Source of the DNA: Polyangiaceae bacterium
GTDB taxonomy: Bacteria > Myxococcota_A > Polyangia > Polyangiales > Polyangiaceae
DNA: 64,000 bases
Assembly: GCA_965222375.1 (NCBI GenBank)
Contig: CBDCTZ010000016.1
Location: forward strand, 928,001 to 992,000
Direction of reading: 5' to 3'
The notes under the pieces were generated by a model, which saw only the letters and a list, made by a program, of their open reading frames with translations, made no database searches and had not been told where the DNA came from. Within the stretch, counting starts at the first letter, position 1, and each line of letters opens with the position of its first letter. Made by a program: the position numbers and the translations under genes. Of this stretch, positions 56,997 to 64,000 are shown one piece after another.

Positions 56997-58595
56997 ATGG
57001 CTAAGAGTTGGCAGACGGTGCGGACTTCCCCACCAGCGCGCAGCCGAGCCGATCTGCTGCTCGGCGCCTGCGTGGTGGCCGTCGCCATCTACGTCATTGG
57101 CTACCCCCTGATGGTGGTGCGCTATCCACCGATCACGGACCTGCCCTTCCACGCCAGTGGCATGAGCATTTTTCGGCACTACTGGGACCCGGCCTTCGGT
57201 TTCCGGGAACAGTTCTCACTTCACCTGCTGGAAGTGCCCTACGTGTCTATGTACGTGCTCGGCGCGCTCTTCGCTCTGGTCATGCCCATGCATGTTGCCG
57301 TGAAGGCTGCGGCCTTCGTCATGCTCGCACTGTTGCCTGCGGGGCTCGCCGTGTTGTTTCACGGCATGCGCAAGACGCCACTCTGGGGAGTCTTGGGGCT
57401 CGCCGCGGTCTGGACGAACCTGAGCCACTGGGGCTTTCTGAATTTCATGGGGGCCTTGGGGCTCTACGCCATGACGGTCGGGTTTGCGCTGCTGGCGGTT
57501 GACAGACCCAGTCGTCGGCACAGCATCGGTTTGGCGATCTCATTGCTGGCCGTCTTCTTCACTCACATCTATCGTTTTCCCTTCGCCGTGCTCTCCGTCG
57601 TCGGCGTGGGCGTGCTGCTGTATCCGGCGACGCGCCGCTTCCGTCCTTTGCTGTTGCCCCTACTTCCTGGCCTAGCGGTGTTCGGGATCTGGCGCTGGAT
57701 CCGCCCCGAGTCCATTGCCGAGCAGGGGATGACGTTTTCTCTGCAGGACAGCCGCTTGCAAGAAGTTCGACAGCACGTGGTGGCCGGGTTCATCGGCGCG
57801 GAGGGTCTGGAGGAGCAGCGCCTATTCGACGACATCTTGTCCGCACTTCTAGTCGTCGTCGCTTGCACGCTCTTCTGGCGTATCTTCATTCGCGACAAGC
57901 GCACTGCCCACCCGCGGCCCATCACCTTCCACACCGCGATCTTCCTGCTGCCGTTGTGCCTCTCGGCGGGCTTTACCTTCGCCTACTTGGTGTTGCCCAT
58001 GCGGATTGGGATCTGGTGGTACGTCTACCCTCGAGAGGCAACCAGCGCGCTGCTGATGTTGCTAGCTCTGGTGCCTGACATGCCGCGGGTCTGGTACCTA
58101 CGGGCGGCCACTTTGACGGTGATGGGCTGGTCCCTGGGCAAAGTCGGCTTCTTCGTCGCCGAGCAGTACTACGCCTACGAGCAAGCGACGGCCGACTTCC
58201 GAGCCGTGTCCGCGGCTGTGCCACAGCGTCCGAAGCTGATGTACCTGGTCTTCGACCACGCCGGCTCGTCCCGCCGCATCACGCCTTTCATTCACATGCC
58301 GGCGTGGGTTCAGGCGGAGAAGGGCGGCGCACTCTCCTTTCACTTCAGCGGTTGGGAACAGAGTCCCATTCGCTACCGCAAGGACAGCCCTGCCGTGCCG
58401 CCCCCGGTGCCCGACCGCTGGGAATGGACGCCTTTGCGCTTCCAACTCGCACGGCACGGAGCGTTCTTCGACACCTTCCTGGTTCGGAGCACTGCCGATC
58501 CCGGGTACCTCTTCCGGGCTGACGCGAGCATTCGCCGGATCGCCCACGAAGACACCTGGTGGTTGTATCAGCGCGAGGCCAAGCCGCAGCCGTAG
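56997..58595 (+). CDS. Multi-pass membrane protein, GT-C glycosyltransferase-like
   Basis: YPPITDLPFH first loop, WGFLNF, many TM helices, periplasmic C-terminal domain. Confidence 0.7.
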   Translation: MAKSWQTVRTSPPARSRADLLLGACVVAVAIYVIGYPLMVVRYPPITDLPFHASGMSIFRHYWDPAFGFREQFSLHLLEVPYVSMYVLGALFALVMPMHVAVKAAAFVMLALLPAGLAVLFHGMRKTPLWGVLGLAAVWTNLSHWGFLNFMGALGLYAMTVGFALLAVDRPSRRHSIGLAISLLAVFFTHIYRFPFAVLSVVGVGVLLYPATRRFRPLLLPLLPGLAVFGIWRWIRPESIAEQGMTFSLQDSRLQEVRQHVVAGFIGAEGLEEQRLFDDILSALLVVVACTLFWRIFIRDKRTAHPRPITFHTAIFLLPLCLSAGFTFAYLVLPMRIGIWWYVYPREATSALLMLLALVPDMPRVWYLRAATLTVMGWSLGKVGFFVAEQYYAYEQATADFRAVSAAVPQRPKLMYLVFDHAGSSRRITPFIHMPAWVQAEKGGALSFHFSGWEQSPIRYRKDSPAVPPPVPDRWEWTPLRFQLARHGAFFDTFLVRSTADPGYLFRADASIRRIAHEDTWWLYQREAKPQP

Positions 58596-58726
58596 TTCGC
58601 GTCGGAGCTGTGCTTGCCTGCGTCGCTTTTGTGCTCGAAGTACAACATGCGCCGCGAGCCCCAGCCCTGGAAGCCGTGGCGCCAATAGTCGCCCGGAGGC
58701 CGCGGTGCGCAGCGGTGGCGGCGGCG

Positions 58727-58865
58727 GCGCGTAGGACAATCGAACTGCGAAAACGCTGGTGCGGACGGTTAACCAAGCCGATCGCCAGCGACGGAAGTAC
58801 CCTGCGCAGCGGCAGAGTAACAACCTGCAAGGGCGGGCTCATCCAGGCAGAGTTGTGGCGGCTGC
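58727..58865 (-). mobile_element. IS91-like transposase fragment fused to a 57-bp repeat
   Basis: PPQLCLDEPALAGCYSAAAQG.SVAG is nearly identical to ~63485-63563; 58727-58783 repeats at 62587-62643. Confidence 0.75.
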
Positions 58866-59093
58866 GAGTGGTGGTGGCACCGCGTACTGGGTCGGGAACA
58901 GACCCTACGAAGCCGGATCAGGAGGGCTCGTGGAGCCGCCGGCATCGGTGTTCGACGATCATCCCGCACTGTGCGGCCCGTAGGCGGCGAGGCGCGCTGA
59001 CCCCGTACCGAGAGCACGGGCAGACGCGCAGCACGGTAGATGCCCCCGGGCTCGCTTGAAGGGTTGCGCACCGTGGCGTACCACCGCGGCGCC

Positions 59094-60215
59094 GTGGCCC
59101 CGTTCACCATCCTGCACATCTCCGATCTGCACTTCACCGCGAAGGGCCGGCCGGAGCGAGTGAATCAAAAAGCGGGGCCGAAGGAAGCGGTCGGCGGTGA
59201 CGAAGGCACCACCTTCCTCGATCGTTTCAAGAGCAAGGTCCTCTCGAACACTTCCCGCGACTTCTGGCCGAACGCCGTCATCGTGTCGGGAGACCTGGTC
59301 GACCGTGGGGGGACCGACGTCGGAGAGGGATCGAGTGAGTTCGGCCAGGCGGTGACGTTTCTGAAAGACCTGGCCAAGGTGCTCGGCATCAACGACGAGC
59401 TCGTGCTCGTGGTGCCCGGAAACCACGACGTGAACTGGAGCGCGAACCTCCAGCAGGGAGCTCGGTTCAAGAACTACATCGACGCGGTGAGCGCGCCCTT
59501 CACCACACCCATCGTCGACGAGTCCGGGAAACCGCATCTCGGGAAATACGAAGCAAAGGACGTTCCGACCGCGGTGGCCGCGCCGAGCCTCTTCGAGGGA
59601 AAGAACCCCGGCTTCGCCCTCATCGACATCTTCGGATCGGACGGCGCCTCGTACGTACGGACCCGAACGTACTCGACCCAGTGCGACGAGCGGCAGGTCA
59701 CCAGCCTGGTCCGTGAGGGCCGCGTCTTGCCTCAGGTCGAGGGGCTGTGCGCTCGGATCGGGCCCGAGGAGCAGCAGAACCACCTGGCACCTGTGCTGGG
59801 CGATCTGGCCAAGGCGTTCGAGTGGCGCCGCGGACACTTTGCCAGCCAGCTCTTCGACGAGGTGCTCGCAGAGGTCGGGCGAGACATCGAGCGGCTGGCC
59901 GACCGTCAGCTCCTGTTTCGAGGTCGCGCGCTCCATGGCAAGTGGGCCGTGCTCATCGGCTTGGCCTGCGAAGCGGGCAAGCCAGAGGTTCGGCTGGCCA
60001 GCGAGAGCGACATTTCGTACTGGCAGCAAGCCGCCGTCGAAGACTCGGACCCCTGGAAGTACGAAGAGTCCCTGCGCAAGCTCTCCGGCAAGAAGCACAG
60101 AATTCTGGTCCTGCGCGCCGCGGATCTCAGAAGCGAGGCCGACATCGAGACCGCCGCGGCGGCGCTCCAGCGGATGACGAACGACGGATTCGAGGTCTCC
60201 GTCCCGCTCGGTTGA
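59094..60215 (+). CDS. Calcineurin-like metallophosphoesterase fused to an unknown C-terminal domain, probably internally deleted
   Basis: ILHISDLH, VSGDLVD and VPGNHDV present; later His motifs (GHxH) absent. Confidence 0.7.
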   Translation: MAPFTILHISDLHFTAKGRPERVNQKAGPKEAVGGDEGTTFLDRFKSKVLSNTSRDFWPNAVIVSGDLVDRGGTDVGEGSSEFGQAVTFLKDLAKVLGINDELVLVVPGNHDVNWSANLQQGARFKNYIDAVSAPFTTPIVDESGKPHLGKYEAKDVPTAVAAPSLFEGKNPGFALIDIFGSDGASYVRTRTYSTQCDERQVTSLVREGRVLPQVEGLCARIGPEEQQNHLAPVLGDLAKAFEWRRGHFASQLFDEVLAEVGRDIERLADRQLLFRGRALHGKWAVLIGLACEAGKPEVRLASESDISYWQQAAVEDSDPWKYEESLRKLSGKKHRILVLRAADLRSEADIETAAAALQRMTNDGFEVSVPLG

Positions 60216-60939
60216 CCGGGGCCGAGGCGCCACGCCAATCACCGACTCGTTGACCGGCCGACTGACGGCCACGTCCGGACCCGTGAGCAGCAGCGTGACG
60301 GGAATGAGCGCCGCCGTGTTGCGCTGCGCGGCCGGCTGGGACGAGCGAACGACGGACGCCGAGGGCCGTGCGACCACCGGCGGCGCCGCCTCGGCACGGT
60401 CGTTCAGGGTCGCATCGCCGCCATCGCCCTCGGGGTGAGGGTGGTGTTTGTTGTGTTGGTGCTTGGGTCGATGGTGGCGGCGATGGTTGGGGATTGAGGG
60501 GGGGGGCTCGCCAGATCGGTCGCGTTGCTCCGCGCACTCAGAAATCGGTCGTTTGAGCGAGTATTTTGGACGATCGAATTTGCTTCCATATGGAAACAAC
60601 TCGACCGCTGAACGTTTGTTGTCACCCCGATGGACGACACGCACGCGTTCAGTCCTCACGTTACGTCTCGGTACGTTGGGCCGCGCGGGCGAACCGTGGG
60701 CCTGAGACGACGGAGGCTCGCGAGCAGGAGCGTCTCGACTCTCTGACGCGTTGAGAGATCTCCCGAGGCAGCTTCGGAAGAGCCAGCCGAAGCCGCGGCC
60801 CCAAACCCCGCGACGTGATGGTCTCGGGCGTCCGAGTCCGATCGATCTTCGCCTCGGATCACAGCCCCGAGGCGGAGATCATGAAACAAATGCTCAAACA
60901 AGTACGGCGAGCATCCATAGGGTGCGCCGGGACGCGCTC

Positions 60940-61290
60940 GGCGGCAAGAGGGGTCGGGGACATCGCTACCAGGCGCTCGGTCGCCGAGTCCGACGGGCGG
61001 ATCCCACACGGATTCACCCAGGCGGGCCGGACCCGTCGCTAACCGGGTTCGCCGGCTTGGTCGACTTCGCCGTGTTCGCCCGCCAGCAAGGCCTCGACCG
61101 CGAGTTGTCGCGCCGCTTCTCCGCGTTGAAGCCGGTGCCTCGGGTGGTCTACCCGATGGGCAGCCAGCTGCGGCTGCTCGTCGATGCCAACGTCACCAGC
61201 GAGACTCGCATCTTCGGACTCGAAGCGCTCAGCGCCGACCCGCTGATGGCGCATCTGGCGGACGGGTTTCTACCGAGCCTCGACACGGTG
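60940..61290 (+). pseudogene. IS1380-family transposase N-terminal fragment
   Basis: DPSLTGFAGL...L..DPL...LA...LPSLDTV, then similarity is lost. Confidence 0.7.
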
Positions 61291-61458
61291 TCAGGGACAG
61301 TGCGGCGACGCACAGCCCGGCAAGAGTCGATAGGTGCATCGTCGCCCGCCGAGCAAGGCCCGCGCCAACGCGATTTCAGCCCTGGAGTGGTCCAACGGCG
61401 CCGGCCGTTAGCCGGGTAACGCGACCGCGTGCCGCCCCCGACGGTCCGCTGAGGCTGG

Positions 61459-61704
61459 CTAGTTCGGTGGTGGAACAAAAGCGACGCCGGTCTTTTCACC
61501 TTGATTGAAGTACGCCGCCGTGCCGCCGCCAGGGATTCCCGCTTGCAGCGTGTACTCGCCTGCGAGTTTTTGCCACACGACCCCTGCTGTGCCACTGCGG
61601 CAGTCGCCGTTAGCGGCGCTTCCACCACCGTCGTCCCCGCCGGAGCAGCTCACCGATCCAAGTGCGCCGAGGAAAGTAATGTAGATCCAAGCCCTGTTCG
61701 TCAT
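61459..61704 (-). CDS. Short lipoprotein (probably truncated)
   Basis: MTNRAWIYITFLGALGSVSC followed by a Gly linker. Confidence 0.45.
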   Translation of the reverse strand: MTNRAWIYITFLGALGSVSCSGGDDGGGSAANGDCRSGTAGVVWQKLAGEYTLQAGIPGGGTAAYFNQGEKTGVAFVPPPN

Positions 61705-61855
61705 ATCGAGTCGTACCGGTCGTGGCGGCCCGATGTTCCTGATCTCGAGGCTCGCGCGCCTCCTCAGGCCAAGTAGTCGAAACCGCACACGGTTCCTGCG
61801 CGAAGCGGGTCCGAGCTCGCGGGCGCCTCGCGGCTTCCGATGGGCGGCCCTGGAG

Positions 61856-61870
61856 GCACTGTACGTGCCA
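61856..61870 (-). promoter_or_regulatory. Candidate sigma-54 promoter
   Basis: TGGCACG-TACA-GTGC (GG-N10-GC) about 150 nt upstream of 61704. Confidence 0.35.
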
Positions 61871-61909
61871 CTCAAGCAGCACCCCGCGATGGGCTAGACT
61901 CCGACGCAC

Positions 61910-62389
61910 ATGACACACCGGGTCGCCCATCAGTTTGGCCGAGTTGCGACCGTTTCGGCTCTGGTGCCACTGGTCGCGGCGTGCGCGGCTAACGGTGCGA
62001 ACGGCACGGCGACTCAATCCACCGCTAGTGCGCCGGCCACCCCGACCACTTACAATCCACGCTTCGACCGTTCTGTTTTCCATCCCTGCGGAGACCGCCC
62101 GGAAGGCGTCGCACCCAAACTCAAAGAAGTTGCTGTGTACGAAGGGCGGCCGGCCCAGAGCGTTGCGCTGAAGCCGCAGTTCCTCGCCGGTAGCGGTGGC
62201 GGTGGCGCCAACATCTATCAGTTCGAGGACCGCGGCACCGAGCGCTGGGCGCGCTGCAGCTACGACAATGGGTCGGTCAAAGATGTGTTGATCGAGTACC
62301 GCCCGACCCACTGTAGCGCGGCACACCGCCTCCACGGCCTGCACAGCTTCGCGTGCTTCTTCCCTGGCTCCGCTGCCGGTGCCTCCTGA
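61910..62389 (+). CDS. Lipoprotein, STY0301-like
   Basis: VAAC lipobox; VYEGRP....LKP and W..C.Y pattern (recall). Confidence 0.55.
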   Translation: MTHRVAHQFGRVATVSALVPLVAACAANGANGTATQSTASAPATPTTYNPRFDRSVFHPCGDRPEGVAPKLKEVAVYEGRPAQSVALKPQFLAGSGGGGANIYQFEDRGTERWARCSYDNGSVKDVLIEYRPTHCSAAHRLHGLHSFACFFPGSAAGAS

Positions 62390-62398
62390 CCCCGCCCG

Positions 62399-62580
62399 CT
62401 AAGATTCGCGGCGACTGAGCAACACGGCGACGAATAGCCGCACGACCACCTCGAGGGCGGTGGCCACGATGGCCGGGGTCTGCGGCATTCCGACGATGGC
62501 CATCGAGGCAACTCGCCCGAGCCCACCGATGAATGCGGCGCCGGCGAGCACCAGCACCATGTGTGGGTAGTCTTCGAATC
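62399..62580 (-). pseudogene. C-terminal fragment of a DUF4345-like membrane protein
   Basis: FIGGLGRVASM..VG.P......LE; 5' end cut off at the 57-bp repeat. Confidence 0.55.
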
Positions 62581-62788
62581 TGCGGAGCGCGTAGGACGAT
62601 CGAACTGCGAAAACGCTGGTGTGGACGGTTAGCCAAGCCGATCTTGTTTGGGGAGGAGGAAAACATAAGAGGGAATTTTCGTCGAGAAATTGGAACGGCT
62701 GTGTAGCTTCAGGTGGAAGCGCTGCTTTTTCCGAGAGTTTGCCGCTCACAAGACGCACCAGCGCACGGAGCGGATGCAGGCGCTTCGC

Positions 62789-63946
62789 TCAGCTCGGCCT
62801 CCCCGAGAACCCGAACACCAGCTGCGCAGGCACGGGCAGTGGAGCACGAGGGACTGGAGGAGCTCGCGGGCCAATCCCCTGGTCGGCCAGAAGGCGCGTG
62901 ACGTGGGCGCGCGTGGTCGCAACGTCGGCCCAGCGTAACGGACCATAGCAGCGTGGGCAGTGCTCCATGTCCGCCTTGAATACGTGGGCGAGCAGCCAAG
63001 CCCAGCGCTTGCGTGCGTGCGGAGCGTCGTCGATCTCGTCAAGCAGTTCCAGCTGATTGCCGGGAGCGGGAGGCGGCTTGGTGAGGCTGCATCGGCGGAT
63101 GCCTCTGGGACCACTCCTGCTCAGTGCGAGGAGTGACTGGAGAGCACTCCGGAGGAGCGCAATCAGGTCATGGGGCTCGAGAACGAGCGCGCGTGTGCCG
63201 TCCCGCCAGGGTTTCTTGAAACTGAGCTCCAGCTTGCCGTCCCCCCGTCGCGCGAGACCGACGGGAACCCCTCAGGGGAGGCGATCCTGCGCGACGGGGG
63301 GCCGCGTGATGTACTTGCAGAGCCGCTCGACGCGGCCGCGGTCCCGGCCGTCCACGAGCTGAGCGGCGTGGATGCTGATGCCGCGCACTTCGGCGATAGG
63401 CTGGTCGCTGATGTCGGAGGCGCGCGGGCGCGCAGGAGGCTCTTGGGGCAGCAGCAGGCGAAGCAGAGGTTTGCCGGCACGCTCGCCAGCGACGGAAATA
63501 CCCTGCGCAGCGGCAGAGTAACAGCCTGCAAGGGCGGGCTCATCCAGGCACAGTTGTGGCGGCTCGGCGCTTTCGAACTCGGGGTCGAGGCTGCGGCCGT
63601 GCGCTTTCAGAATCTTCTCAATGCGCGCGGCGGTGCGGTCCGCCACGTCGGCGATGTCGGCATAGGTCGGCGCGTCGAGCCCGAGGAACTCGAGCGGAGC
63701 TTGCGGGTCATCGCCTTGGTGCACGTACACGCCGTCGAGCACGAGAGCGTGCATGTGCACGTTTGGTCGGAGAGCCGAGTCCGTGCGCTGCACCGCGACG
63801 TGCGCACCGACCAGCAGATCGCGCGCGCTAGCGAGCCGGAGCTGTCGTTTGGCGCGCCAGCGCAGTGAGCGGCGCACCTCCGTCATGAACGCGTTGACCA
63901 CTTCGGAGCGGAGCTTGCGGCTCAGCACCCTGGTCGACGCCGCCAT
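62789..63946 (-). pseudogene. Degraded IS91-family (HUH Y2) transposase
   Basis: NVHMHALVLDGVY (HUH), LCKYITRPP, then after a stop/frameshift at ~63272 KKPWRDGT...EPHDLIA and RWAWLLAHVF..D...CP; N-terminal Zn-finger part missing. Confidence 0.85.
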
Positions 63947-64000
63947 ACAGCGTCAGCTGGCAGAGCGCGGAATCAAGCCCAGTCCGTATCAGACCGCTCT

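Overview
High-GC bacterial chromosome window. The Gly-rich/Cys-rich lipoproteins and DUF2378-like genes suggest Myxococcota/Polyangiales, which is an inference. Layout: (1) 1-3510, a patatin gene and a GT-C glycosyltransferase whose 3' end is duplicated. (2) About 3.6-16.2 kb, an accessory stretch downstream of tRNA-Arg(TCG) with small immunity-like and lipoprotein genes, a MenAT-like nucleotidyltransferase pair, pseudogenes, structured ~130-bp repeats and an intact IS110 with candidate bridge-RNA guides. (3) 16.4-27.1 kb, hydrolases, a beta-propeller protein, a 49-bp palindromic triple repeat, and an octaheme cytochrome c with a YeeE/YedE pair. (4) tRNA-Lys(CTT), followed directly by a perfect 193-bp x4.3 tandem array that folds as a + strand RNA and faces a 1678-aa TPR/C39-like peptidase gene, with a divergent ECF sigma/anti-sigma pair beyond it. 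(5) A lipid-related cluster (PGAP1-like hydrolase, PAQR/HlyIII, MerR, and a methyltransferase resembling fungal sphingolipid C9-methyltransferase). (6) A three-gene operon encoding an Omp85-like barrel, a lipoprotein with a HipA/PI3K-like kinase fold, and a TLC-family ATP/ADP translocase; this is the best candidate for an undescribed system. (7) A translationally coupled envelope operon, moaA and other genes. (8) 58.7-64 kb, a decayed mosaic of IS91-like and IS1380 fragments. All family calls come from motif reading and recall; no database searches were run.
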